DNA of 64,000 nucleotides, from positions 11,842,001-11,906,000 of the forward strand of contig OZ210885.1 in assembly GCA_964658305.1 (NCBI GenBank), written 5' to 3'. The translations under genes and the position numbers were made by a program. The stretch comes from Leptogorgia sarmentosa. Taxonomy: Eukaryota. The notes under the pieces were generated by a model, which saw only the letters and a list, made by a program, of their open reading frames with translations, ran no database searches and was not told where the DNA came from. Positions 22,651 to 34,995 of this stretch are shown piece by piece; the first letter of the stretch is position 1; the number at the start of each line of letters is the position of its first letter.

Positions 22651-24386
22651 CACCTTTTCTTACTCATAAAGAGAAAACGAGCTACCGTTTGTATGAACCA
22701 GCAACGAATAAAACGTAGGCATATGCATGTGCACGGATTGAACATCAAATTGCATGCAACGAATATTCAATACAAAAATTTGAATATGCATAATCATTCA
22801 TTATCTTGCAAATATAGTCAATATCAAAAAATAAGCTTACAATAGCATGCATATGGGACCCATAGAAATCTAGAGAATAGACATCAGAGTCAAGAATGTA
22901 GTCATTATAATGAAAACGTTGTTTATTAACATTGTTAAACGCCAACAAGCGAACAATAAAAGGAATGTTTAATCATTACAATGGTCTTAATTGCCAACTG
23001 TGTGCTTGTGATAACAATAGAACACATATCAAGTTCATTTAACACAAATAATTTTTCAAGAAAACACTAAATAATACTTTGGATATCACGAAGGAAATGT
23101 CATATTTCCGTTATCCCTGAATGGCCTCTCCGTTCAAGCAGCGTGGAATGTAGGTTTGCATGAAACGGTACCACTGCCCGCATTTCGCTGCAGTTATTGT
23201 ACCTATATTTCGCTGTAGGGCATCCAAGAGAAGATGGGTGCGAAACTCTCCCAAAGGTAGATGTCGATTTCTTGCCGCGTCTCTATCACCCATCAATCGT
23301 TGAATTTCGGGGCGGGAAATGTCCGCTTTTATTGCTGCTTTAAGGGAGCTTATTGCTTGCTCTACAATGTTGAGGAAGGGACTGTATGGAGGGAGTTTTC
23401 GCAACTCGGTATTGGGAGCAGGGACAGGTGAATTGTTATGTGCTGGTGCGCCGTCATATATGAAGATGACTTCTTCATCAGGATCCAGATTGAGGCGTGT
23501 CTGTGCAAGAAAATCAGCAAAGCGTTCACGATTCATTCCTCCTAGAAAGGCCGTGTGGAACACTAAGCCAGCATTAGCGGATACTGCTAAGCAAACGGTC
23601 ATGTTTCTGCCGCCCCGAGGCAACTCATGGATTCGCCCTTCCCTGATAAAGCGAGCCACAATACCTCGTGCTGTTGACCTGTTAACTCCCAATGTATCTG
23701 CAACGAGTAAATAGTCTTCGTCTTCGTTCTCAAAGGCTTGTACAATTCGCTGTCTGTTTTCCTGTGTGATTCTATTACGCCTGAACATGTCGCACCTACA
23801 CCTTGTACCAACTGTGCAGTCTACAGCCACACACAAACCACGCTTGTATTTATATATTTGTCTGGGACTGAATAATTTTTAATCAAAGTGCGGAGTCCTT
23901 TACGGAGTCCCTTTAGGTTTCTACACTGTGTGTCAAGAATATTACACCACATTTATGCCATATTATGTATTGTTTTCTTGAAAAGATATTTGTGTTAAAT
24001 GAACTTGATATGTGTTCTATTGTTATCACAAGCACACAGTTGGCAATTAAGACCATTGTAATGATTAAACATTCCTTTTATTGTTCGCTTGTTGGCGTTT
24101 AACAATGTTAATAAACAACGTTTTCATTATAATGACTACATTCTTGACTCTGATGTCTATTCTCTAGATTTCTATGGGTCCCATATGCATGCTATTGTAA
24201 GCTTATTTTTTGATATTGACTATATTTGCAAGATAATGAATGATTATGCATATTCAAATTTTTGTATTGAATATTCGTTGCATGCAATTTGATGTTCAAT
24301 CCGTGCACATGCATATGCCTACGTTTTATTCGTTGCTGGTTCATACAAACGGTAGCTCGTTTTCTCTTTATGAGTAAGAAAAGGTG
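22651..24386 (-). mobile_element. Tc1/IS630-type transposon with ~416-bp TIRs
   Basis: TIRs at 22651-23066 and 23971-24386 are nearly identical. TA flanks, internal transposase. Confidence 0.95.
23111..23788 (-). CDS. Internally deleted Tc1/IS630-like transposase (HTH fused in frame to the C-terminal half of the DDE domain)
   Basis: MFRRNRIT..VADTLGVNRSTARGIV..PRGG, then MTVCLAVS..IYDGAPAH..LPPYSPFLNIVE. The first catalytic D segment is absent. Confidence 0.85.
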   Translation of the reverse strand: MFRRNRITQENRQRIVQAFENEDEDYLLVADTLGVNRSTARGIVARFIREGRIHELPRGGRNMTVCLAVSANAGLVFHTAFLGGMNRERFADFLAQTRLNLDPDEEVIFIYDGAPAHNNSPVPAPNTELRKLPPYSPFLNIVEQAISSLKAAIKADISRPEIQRLMGDRDAARNRHLPLGEFRTHLLLDALQRNIGTITAAKCGQWYRFMQTYIPRCLNGEAIQG

Positions 24387-24792
24387 TATTAACAAATACA
24401 ACATTCAAATTAACAATTTCGTTCATCATGATCACTATAAGGCGTTCTCAGCTATAACTCAATCTAAATATTTGAAGCCTAAGTACTTTGATGATCTTGT
24501 CATTGTGTTTTTTTATGCATTAATCAATTCGATCTGCCAACTAACAACTAAACAACAAATTTGAATATGACAACTCCTGTTTTGAAAAATTTTCTTCACT
24601 GAAATAAAGTATTTCCTTCACTCTGGAAATTATCTGAAAGGCAACTATGACGATGTCTATGACCTTTTTCGAATATTGTTAGTCGGTATAACTATATGGT
24701 AAGCTATGGTACAATCGATCGATTGAAAGTTGCGCTTCACGAAATACCCAACATGCAGACATATAAACGCATCTATCATACGCATGGTTTAG

Positions 24793-24934
24793 GCCTAGTT
24801 TATACGTCGCTGTTATGTCAAACTTGCGTCGTGTAAAATGCAATTCAAACAAGGATAATAAGAGTATGACACCTCAATTACCATTCTTTGACGCTATAAA
24901 GTTTGTCATAACAGCGACGTATAAAGTATAGGCC
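24793..24934. mobile_element. Small fold-back MITE (Harbinger-like GGCC ends)
   Basis: GGCCTAGTTTATACGTCGCTGTTATG / CATAACAGCGACGTATAAAGTATAGGCC. Confidence 0.6.
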
Positions 24935-25099
24935 TTGGCCAGAATTCGTCCCGTTTCGTCACAACCAATAGCAACCAACAATTTGATTCAAGCATGGAAA
25001 TTCAGAAGCGGCAACCAATAAGAATCAGCAATTTTCCTTATGCTTTCGTCTCGATAATAATCTTAATTAATAGGTTATAAGTCCGCTTTCGTCCTTAGA

Positions 25100-25490
25100 T
25101 GCAGGTCAACTATTTAAATGCAAGACACGTGAATTAAGGCATGATTTGTTCACCGTTTTATGTTCAATATAAATAATTTGTTTTTGGAGCAAATTGATTT
25201 AGTAAGTCTATTTACTTCTAATGCTTTTGTTGATAAATCTGCATTATCTGATCTTGGTAATATACTTGAGATCACAATGCTGGTTGTTGGGGATTCTTCT
25301 TTAATTTGGGTGCCTAGGTTTGCAATACCTTCAGCTACTCTGTTTTGTTGCTGCATGCAAAATGATTTTATTTGGCTCTTTACGAAGAACCGGCTTTAAA
25401 TAATCTTCCGTGTCATTAACAGTAGCACCAGAGAAACTTTTATTAACTACAACATGATTTGCATAGTTAGAAAGACGCCAACCATACTGT
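25100..25490 (-). pseudogene. LINE (CR1/L2-type) ORF1 SGNH-esterase fragment
   Basis: KSFSGATVNDTEDYLKPVLRKEPNKIILH / IVISSILPRSD / LHLN, frameshifted. Confidence 0.75.
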
Positions 25491-25573
25491 TGACTGTATG
25501 CTTCAGAAGCTTTGGTGTTTATAACATTGATATTGAATGATTGACGATAACACTGATTTTTCTTCGATTTCAG

Positions 25574-26210
25574 GAATGACGGAAAAACCTCATTACATAT
25601 GTTACAGTGATGTCGAAATTGAAACAGCAATAAATAAACATGGAAAGTTGGAAAAAAAGCTGAGGGAGCGGCTAATACGTGGCACAATCAACAACATGGT
25701 GTCGGCCGCTTCCTCAGCACCATTTAATCGCTTCCCCGAAAGGGGGGAGTTAGAAGCAATGGCAAGGATGCTCATTCGGAAGTATCCTTGTCTCAATGAT
25801 GAAGAAACCGGCCATGTAAGTAACAACCTTTAAGCCACATACTGAATATTATGTTCTAGACTGTTAGGTGCAATGGGATTGTGTCTATTAATTAATGGTA
25901 TATGCTAAACCACTGTAATAAAAATGTCTCATGGTTTCCGTGGCAAAATGCATATTGTACTTGATCATCAACTGCAGCATTCATGGTTTTTCAGTGAGCT
26001 TGAATTATGTTTCTGGAGCTTATACATCTCAAATTTTGTATAGGGTGCTGTGCTAAAACAATTGAAAAGGAGGCTAAGCAATGTAAAGCCGGTAGCCAAG
26101 CCACGAAGGCCTTCCCCTGGTAAGAGAAAAAATATTCCTGTGCAGAATGATGACGTATTGAAGAAAAGAAAAGTAAACTCTATCGACATGGCTGTACAAC
26201 AGAAGCACGC
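25574..26210 (+). pseudogene. Two-exon fragment resembling SAMD3-like transposon accessory proteins
   Basis: FPERGELEAMARMLIRKYPCLNDEETGH|GT...AG|GAVLKQLKRRLSNVK. Confidence 0.45.
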
Positions 26211-27689
26211 AGCAAGGTTGGTGTCGTGAAATAGCGACAGAACATTATTACATTAGACGATAGAACTTATTAAGCACTGTTCTGTCCAGACACTATACCC
26301 ACAAAGGTATCGAATTTCGCACCTTGACAACATAAATCGCACAGTGACGCACACACGTCAAATTAATGCACAATCAGTAACAATCGCACCTATACTCGTA
26401 GTTTATTGGTCAGAACAATTCACTAAGGTTTTAGATTACACTCGCACTCTGAACACATCTACACGTTTATAATGTTTTATGATTTGTATATAGTTGAACG
26501 GGCTCGCGTAATGAGAGCTACTATATGTAATTAAGAATATATGTTAGAAACTATTGTGTGATCGTCCGTCATTGCTCAGAACGTAATCTATTGAAAGAAC
26601 CTCCGCTTACTGCTCTCGATTGTTGTTGAGACGCAAACACACAACGCAAGAATACAAACGTATACGAACAAGAGACAATCGAGACAGTTGGAAGTAAAGA
26701 CCACCGCCTTAGCGTTACCACCTAGAGGGCCCCGCAAACAGGCACGAACACGAAGGGTACTGCTGCCAAAATCAAGGCCAAACGATGCACGAACGAACAG
26801 CGAGCACGTACGGAATATGCTGGTTGTGTTTGAAAACGAAGACGAAGAGCTGCAATAAACCAACTGCTGCGGGACACATGTGCACAAAAAATCCGTAGAC
26901 ATTGTAAAAGAAATATTCAATCGATTAACTTTCAATTTTTGCATTGAGTGCGGTGAAATTACACTCTGTGGATGCCTCTGGCACTCTATTTAACTGTAAA
27001 TATTTTTTGAAAATGTTAATAATACACCGATACTAATTACTCGCTCCCGTATATTAATTACCTCTGGCGCGCATATTAATTACTTTTTCCGCTATATTCC
27101 TAATGCATACTATTTACTTCCGGCGCGCACTGCATACTATTTACTTCCGGCGCTATCTTGGACACACTTCTGCATACTATTTACTTCCGGCGCCATATAG
27201 GCGGTATAGTACTACTGAGTTATATAGCTAAATTTTGTGGCAATGTTGTTGCCAATTGCAATTCTTAAGTTTTAAAGCTTGCTCACAAAAGCATTTGACT
27301 GAATGACTGTGTCGATAAACGTTTCAAAGTATACCGTTTGAACGGCTTCACGAAAACGTTTTTCAAACCGTTAAAATTTTTGGGATTTTCCGTTAAATTT
27401 TTTTGCCGATATCGTTCGAACGTTTTGAAAGATCGTTGAAACGTTTACACAAAGCGTTTGCTATCCGTTCGTTTACCGTTTGTTTTGCCGTTTCAACGAA
27501 AAATCGTTAACGTATGAAATCCCATGGAAGGTCACATTTAGACTTAGTGTTGAAATTATTTTTGAACTTAGGTTGTTTTCATTTGTATATATTGTTTCAG
27601 TTCATTACAATTTACTCGTATTAACTATCGGACAATACGATTGTGTTTTTTATTTTAATCCTTTGACAAATGTCGCTCGACAGCACGAA

Positions 27690-27870
27690 AGTACTTGGAC
27701 ATCCCTTGAAAGGCGCGTTTCGAGAAAACACTATTCCTATTCAAGCCTTTTTCCAAAAGACGTCCTAACATTTTTCCGAAACAAGGCAATCTTGGTTGGC
27801 AGTTCCATTGGCTATTTCGCACCCGCACTCCTCACCACGACTGCATTCATTCTGGCGAACAATGATATGA
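27690..27870 (+). pseudogene. Gene fragment, possibly a DUF3987-like N-terminus
   Basis: LFPKDVLTFFRNKAILVGSSIGYFAPALLTTTAFIL. This is a resemblance only, and no Walker A motif is retained. Confidence 0.3.
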
Positions 27871-28294
27871 AACGAAGGACTAACCACCATCCAAAAATTT
27901 CACGGAAATGGGGAACGAAATCGTTCATGCAGTTGAAGGATGCAGTGAAGCCGGAGATGTTGGATGGACCATCTAAACCAGTATAAGGCCCCATCGAGTG
28001 CCCTCAAGATTGGTTACGCTATTAAAAAGGCAGCACTGATCGTAAAAAGCCAGACCATTCACTGTCGTGATGCCACTAGCAAGAAAGATGTTGATGTTGG
28101 CTTCCTTAGTATCTAATGACGGCCAATGGTCTAAGTATCTATGTTTAATTCTTTGGGCGAAAATATTGTAACGTTCTCAAGTGTCGTTTGATCAGGAGCC
28201 GATAAATAACATATAGGCGAATAGGCTACCAATTCTAGTGTGTAATGCTTAACTTATGGTTTATAAAACATATGATTTTATGATTTCTTTTAAG

Positions 28295-29093
28295 ATGAAA
28301 GGGTTAACCGAACGGCTAGGGTTGTGTTCAGCAAATGAGATCTGGCAAGATTTGGCCGAGTTGTATCTTACGAGGATGATTGTTTTCAACAAACGACGCT
28401 CTGGAGAGCCCCCAAGATTGCGTGTCGATGTCTACAAAAAACCTGGGGGCGTTTGTATAAAACTCTTAACTATGTGTTTTGTAGTTAAATGGTAGTTAAC
28501 TTTGAAATACGCTTTTCTGATTGGTCAATTTTCGCAATTAACTATTGTTAACTTTAACTACGTTTTTATACAACCGGCCCCTGCTGATTCGCATCGGCAA
28601 ACAGTAAAAAGAGATTACGTTGTCCTATTCAGCACACGAGAAGGAACTATCTAGTAAAAGGTAACCCTATTCTCTCTTTACCCTGTAAGCATTGCAGAAT
28701 CGCCCTAACCTCCGTTAGAATCGAGTAATAATACAGGGTGTATAAAAAAAAAAGTTTACTGATGAAAAACATTCTCTAAACTAACAAGCGCTCAAAATTT
28801 CCAAAAACGTTCGGTTAGCATTAAAAACGGCTTGCGCGGAAAAAATAAGTTTTCTTCACACAATTTGATTAATCGGATGAAAATATGGAGTATGATATAC
28901 AAGCTATTCAAGTTTTGGGAAATTTGGTGAATGGGATGGCCATGTTGGTCACAACGTCCAGATTCTCACGGATTTTACCAATTGCAAGAAAGTATTATTG
29001 AAATGGAAGTGGTTGGAAATCTCCTGATGGCTGTGGACGAAGTGAGGGCTGGCAAGTTTAAGGGACGGTGTTTGAGGATATAAATTTGCAAGG
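28295..29093 (+). pseudogene. Tyrosine-recombinase (Crypton-like) gene remnant interrupted by MITEs
   Basis: WQDLAELYLTRMIVFNKRRSGE (first catalytic R), and after a frameshift GHNVQI../FYQLQESIIEMEVVGNLLMAVDE..GKFKGR followed by a GTAAG donor. Confidence 0.65.
28446..28580. mobile_element. PIF/Harbinger-type MITE
   Basis: GGGGCGTTTGTATAAAA / TTTTATACAACCGGCCCC, flanked by CTG on both sides. Confidence 0.7.
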
Positions 29094-29753
29094 TAAGAAT
29101 AAATTCCTATGACATAGTATTAAAGGACCAAGTACACCTTGAAAAATTTCAAAGCAATTGTCTTTAGTACTCAGTCCTATTGGTAATAGAAATGCGTGCA
29201 TGGCATCGATATGGTAACATGGCATTGGTTATATGTGCTTACAAACATTCTTTTAACATCTAGTACAACGTAAAGGAAAGTACTATGAAGTAAAGGAAAT
29301 GGTGGAGTTTAGAATATTTATGAACTTTAATTAAAAAAAGCAATAAACTGTACCGTGTTTTCAAAGTCATTGTGCAAAAGTTTCTGGACAATTCTACAGT
29401 GATTAAAGAGGAGGCTAAGGAATGGTGGAAAGATTTCTTCGACTCTGCTTCAGGCACATATATACGTCTGCGCCAATGAACCAGAAACGTGGCTCCTAGA
29501 TGAACTGAAGTTACTGAAATTTAGTCGTACATGCGTGAGTATACAAGAGTTGGATAATGAAAATAGTGAAATGCCTGAAGTTCCTGTTGGTGCGTCACCC
29601 GAAGTTGTGAACTTAGTGTCATCTCAGCTGGAGCAAATACCTGAGGTAGGTCTACAAATTTATTTCTTGGTTAAATGGCGAAGCAAACATTCTCTCTGAT
29701 TACTGATTTAGGAAACTACAACAATTTACTTTTAATTGTGTTGTTCCTTACAG

Positions 29754-30092
29754 GTCTACACAGGCCCCTACATGCGTTCGGCTGAAGTGCAATCGGTTTC
29801 CGATCTTTGCACCCATGTTAAAGAGTCGTCTTTCGTAGCTGTCTCATTGTTAGATTATAAGGATGTCCCAGTTATTGGTAAAGTTTTACAAAAAAAAATT
29901 ACTATCCATTACTGGAAGGGGTCGTGGAACAAGAGGTGGGTTCCTTGTCTAACAGGAGGGAAGCCATGGACGGACGAGCTTCCAAAGGTATACATTTATC
30001 TCACTGCGTTTCATCTTGATGTAATGTCCAAATTAAAAACCAGTAATAAAAGACAGATACGAAAATTTCTCAAGAAGAGAAACAAGGAATGA
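29754..30092 (+). pseudogene. Terminal exon paralogous to the domain at 4488-4833 and 31766-32098
   Basis: CAG acceptor, then VYTGPY..FVAV..PVIGKV..IHYWKGSWNKRW..KPWTDELPK..KRQIRKFLK. Degraded upstream exons lie at ~29260-29645. Confidence 0.65.
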
Positions 30093-30552
30093 AGGTGTGA
30101 TGTGTTTCGTGTAACATGACAGTAGGACAAAAATATTGTGTGCATTTGACGCCGAAACTTGTCATATTTAAATATTATTAATTAATGGATGGTAAACTTC
30201 CATATATTAGAAATGAACACTCGTTTGAGTTTACAACAAAAAGATATCATCAGTCATCACTCGATGTAAGATCTATATAGTTCACCGTATTTGTCAAAAG
30301 TATGTCGCCAATTTGCATGTCTTCAACCTTAAAGGTTTCAAGGCCACTTTACGATTTATAGCTACCAATTGTGCTAACATTTTAAAAATACTACTATCAA
30401 AAATACTTTCTAATAGCATGCAATAGAAAACTCAACAAATGCTGGATTGTTCAATGTGATCGCGGAAAGAAAAATATATTCATATACATTTGAGTATGTG
30501 TATATGCCGGTGTGTCCCCCATTTATCAACCTGTTCATTTTCCTGTTTTTAG

Positions 30553-31195
30553 GCAAATGAGATGAAAAACTCGATGTTAAAACCTGTTCGAGTCGACGCC
30601 GGATTAGGAAATCCCCCGGTGGAGTACAAGAATAATGATCCCGAATCCGCCAATTTTATGATCAAGCATGATCTCAATTTTAATGCAAGCAAGCCCCACG
30701 AGTTTGTGGAGAAGATAAAGAAAATCATACAGACAAAACAGCGAAACGAGGAACGTGCTGTGTTTGGAAGAGGTCCATATCGAGTAAGAAAGGAATTGGA
30801 ACATTTAACTGTGGACGACACGAAAAGAAGTTGCCTAAATCACCAACAACTCGTGAAGAAAGTGATCGAATTCACGAAAGCTAGTATAAACGATATGAGA
30901 GACGTTTTATATACATTGCCGAACCAGAGACCCAAGAAAGCACTGAGTTTGTCCTTAATATAACGGCGAAAGAATGTGGCATAACTACCATTCTAGAGAC
31001 GATACTAGAATCGATTTTTGAGCGCGCATCCAACCTCATTCCTACACCTGGTCTAAAACCAGGTGCGGATAACGGATCGTCTGTCGTAGCTGGAACATGC
31101 AGCAAAATACATTGTGTCACGCCAAGCAAAGGTGGTTCTCTATCGTGTGATCGGTCCTGCGTAAACTTTTCCACAAATATCTGCGAACACGTCTT
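30553..31195 (+). pseudogene. MULE-like transposase C-terminal fragment with SWIM finger
   Basis: MLKPVRVDAGLGNPP..NNDPESANFMIK, then after a frameshift CDRSCVNFSTNICEHV. Confidence 0.6.
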
Positions 31196-31402
31196 AAGGC
31201 CCTGTTACACAACGCAATTTTTCTTGCAACTTGCAACGCAAAATTCTACTCTTAAGAGATGTTAATTAGTGAAGATTGTTCGATTTGTAAAGAATTCTTT
31301 AGGAAAATCTGCAAAAAACTCGCTCGGCATCGGCAAATAATTGATCTGCTCGCCACTGATAAATCACGATATTTTGCTCAGCCTCGTCCAATAATTGTAT
31401 AA

Positions 31403-32787
31403 TATTTGCAACAGCAACATAATCATTGAAAAACACCCTGAAAAACATTGCAAAACAATATATATGATATATCTTTAAATAACATAAGAATGATAAAATT
31501 GTCCGCAAAATGTCGAGACCACACCATAACTAATATAAATAATTAGCATGAAAAGCTACTGTGGCAAAATGTCCTAGAAACATCGAAACCATCACATAAT
31601 AATTAGAGAATAGGTTGTTTGCAATGGCGTAAATTTGGAATTTCAGTTGACTGGCAGGTATTGCGAAAATCGATCCATTGGAAAGATTTTAAGATTTAGA
31701 GACAATATTCGTCAGAGATATATTCGGCTAACAAAGAACAAGCAAAGACGTGGCTTCTAGACGACTTGAAGATTTACAGTGGTATCTATAGACCACCTGA
31801 GGATAAGTTACCAGAAGTAGATGACATCTGGCAACATGTACATAGTTTTGATGCTGTGGCAGTAGAGAATTCAAGTGTCCCTGTCATCGGGAAGGTCATT
31901 GAAAAGTTGGAAAATCGATCAAAATACAATATTGGAAAGGTTCCTGGAACGACCCCATGGCTTAATTATAGAAAGCCATGGGTGGATGAACTGCCAAAGG
32001 AGTGCATTTACTTGTCAGACTTTCAACTTGACTATGACTCAAAACTTCAGAGATCAACAAAAAGGCAAATAAGCAATTTTTTTAAAAGCAAAGAATAAGG
32101 TTAGATTGAGAAATGAAGTTTAGTAATGATATGAAATAACTTCTGTGGAAATTAGTCCGATTGGTCTCGATGTTTCGAGGCCAGGCAACTCATGCATTAC
32201 AGATGCTGGTTTTGGTGTTTTAAACGCAGCTTTATAACTGAATTGTGACTGAATTCAAATTTCAACCTGGGAAAGCAGTTTCATCAATTCACTTGATCTC
32301 ACAGGTTTTGTAAGAAATTGAGCCAAGATCCCAAAAGCGTCAGTTATTATTCGACCATGTTTTCAAGTTGTTAATGAGCTCCATCCTTTTTATTTTTCAA
32401 TTAGTCTAAATTAAATTAAATTAATCTAAATTTTCAAAACACTGACAAAAGATAAGAGGAACTAAGACGTCAGGTTTCAATCAAGCACCTCAACCTGACA
32501 AAAGAAGCACGCAGCAAGTTGGGAAGTAAAGACCACCGCAATGGAAAGGACTTGCCATTTATTGGTTTCACCTTCATAAAATGTGACAACGAGTTAGTGT
32601 ATTCAGTGACAAACTTGAAGCTATAAACTATGTGCGCAAGTGCCCATGTTCAGATTTATTCCCTCCACCGAACACGAAGAGTACTGCCAAAATCAGGGCC
32701 AAGCGATGCACGAACGAATGGCGAACGCGTACGGAATTCACAACACTTGACAGCACCGCGCAGAAACACTAAGGGAATTTACAACAC
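31403..32787 (+). repeat. Copy 2 of the duplicated segment (matches 4117-5087 plus 7240-7407)
   Basis: Direct sequence identity. Confidence 0.88.
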
Positions 32788-34071
32788 TTGACGGCAACAT
32801 GAACAGAAACCTTCTTCGGTCAAAAGACAGGCTTCGGTGACTTGCTTCGATTTTTTTTCAAACAACATTTGGAAAGGAATGAAGAAAGCAACTTACACCA
32901 ACAAATCTCTGATTATTGCAAGAAGCAAAATGCCAAGTTTCAAAATTTGAAGAAAAACAACCTGAGGAAATCTCTTGGAGCCAAATAAGAAACCACCAAA
33001 AACGAAACCACCAGCTCTAGCCCAATCACCCATGACAATACTGCTCCTGTGATAGGAGACTATGGTAAGAAAAATTTACCATAAGAAGCCGGAAAGAGCA
33101 GCCAGAAAAAAACCAGTATGCCACTCGTACAGTGGAGCAAAAGTAAGCCAATGACTTGGTACATGAAAACCCAGAGAAGGTTGCTCAAGAGATGGAAGTA
33201 CTAATCAACATTGTCAAAACCCATACAAAGAAAGTCGCATTTTAAGTGCGAATTACTTAATTCATAAAACGTAATTCATAATTATATTTATATCCATTGC
33301 ATTTATATATTCATCTACACGCAACTATTTAGTTAAATGTTGGAATATTTATAACTAATATTTATAGCCGCTTAGGTAGCCGAACTTTCACAACATTTGT
33401 GGAAGAAGGGTGGATCAGACAGAACAGACGAACGAAGGATCCATTTTTAAAATGTGAATATCAATCCTCGGCAACAATTATACTGATATTGTTTGAAAAG
33501 CTTTCATAAAGAAATTGACAGCAAACTTAGCTATGCCAATTTGCTACCTATCATGTGTTGTCCTAACTGACTTACATTTGTTAAATTGTTGCATGTGAAT
33601 TGTTTTGGTGGGATGTCACCTCCCTTATTGCCACCCTGGACAAATGACACAGGCTGATCACGTGTTCCAAAGGATGAAGAGGAGCGATAGCAAGGAGCCC
33701 GTCCGAGGAGTCTGTTGCCTTCTCTACGAGATAGATTTGGACGCGAAGGACGAAATGATGTTATGGCAAGACGCGTCGTTAGACACGTTGCGAACCAGTT
33801 CCTTCCTGGCAATGACCTCCTCAAAAAGCCCCGATAGTCCCAAACTAGATCATTAAGAGTTTTGTTCTTTGAAGTTTCAAAACAAACAGGTGTGCAGAAA
33901 TGCACAAACTAAAACGCTGGGTTAAATATGACAGGATGTGTCACTCTCAACTCATTTTCTCGGCCATTAAGCTTCTATTCCCATTTCATAATATCGCAAG
34001 AATTCCCTTCACTTCGAAACATGTTATAACACGATTTACAAAAACTTCTATTTACCAACATTTATCCTTAT

Positions 34072-34153
34072 AGCCTCATCAGATAATCAGATAATTGAAC
34101 TCTGGACCCCTGGTTTAGGAAACCAGTTCTCTATACCCCTGAACTAATGAGGC
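34072..34153 (-). pseudogene. tRNA-Thr-derived pseudogene (anticodon loop now TTCCTAA)
   Basis: Same body as 34309-34393. There is a CAGATAAT duplication in the T-arm. Confidence 0.75.
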
Positions 34154-34308
34154 GACCTGCAGGTGAAATCTTCTAAGATGCTATAATCGTACATAAAGCT
34201 TTTTGATTAGGTTTTTTATTTGAACAGTGTCCACAGCTTTGATATACCTCATGTAACATATTCGTGGCAATTGTCTTCACTGTGCTTCGAAGAAATCGAG
34301 AAAAATTG

Positions 34309-34393
34309 AGCCTCATCAGAGATTTGAACTCTGGACCCCTGGTTTACTAGCTGTTTTACTAGACCAGTGCTCTAACCCCTGAGCTAATGAGGC
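34309..34393 (-). tRNA. tRNA-Thr(AGT) with a 12-nt insertion after the anticodon
   Basis: GCCTCATTAGCTCAGGGGTTAGAGCACTGGTCTAGTA[AAACAGCTAGTA]AACCAGGGGTCCAGAGTTCAAATCTCTGATGAGGCT. All stems pair. Confidence 0.85.
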
Positions 34394-34735
34394 ACGTTGA
34401 CAACTCCGTGTTGATTTTAGAAGCTTGCCCATTGAATGTTATTACTTGATTTACCTTTGCTATTCTTCACTAATTCATTCATATTGCAAAATGATTAAAA
34501 TTGAGATTATGTCCTGGTTTTCTATCTTTGACAAACGATTACTCCCAAAGTCGATAAGTCTGTTAGAAGTTCCTCACTTCCTGTTACAAGTTCCTCGCTT
34601 ATTGACTTCCTGTGTGAAAGTTGTAACTTAAAACCACGAAATGGCACCACAAATTTCAAACAATAATTATCTAATTATACTGAATTATTTTGCGCATAGG
34701 TCAGTTTCCGTAGTGTAGTGGTTATCGATAGGTCA

Positions 34736-34808
34736 GTTTCCGTAGTGTAGTGGTTATCACATGCGCCTAACACGCGCAAGGTCCTCAGTTCGAACCTGGG
34801 CGGAAACA
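34736..34808 (+). tRNA. tRNA-Val(AAC)
   Basis: GTTTCCGTAGTGTAGTGGTTATCAC..CCTAACACGC..GTTCGAACCTGGGCGGAAACA with a T-run terminator downstream. A 32-bp partial 5' duplication lies just upstream. Confidence 0.9.
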
Positions 34809-34919
34809 TACATATGAGCTTTTTTAACTGGAGATTTTTTTTCTTTGGAAATTTTCAATAAAACACGAGAAAAATTAATTGATGTGAATACATCTATTTC
34901 CATGTTTGCGCATATGCCA

Positions 34920-34992
34920 GTTTCCGTAGTGTAGTGGTCATCACGTGCGCTTAACACGCGCAAGGTCCTCAGTTCGAACCTGGGCGGAAACA
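34920..34992 (+). tRNA. tRNA-Val(AAC), second tandem copy
   Basis: Same body 184 bp downstream. Its 3' flank is displaced by a transposon. Confidence 0.9.
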
Positions 34993-34995
34993 TAC

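Noticed and set aside
23789..23836. N-terminal extension of the Tc1 ORF from a non-ATG start
   Set aside because: The ATG at 23788 is the more plausible start.
22642..24404. Identical 67-70 aa ORF pairs on opposite strands
   Set aside because: They are by-products of the 416-bp TIRs.
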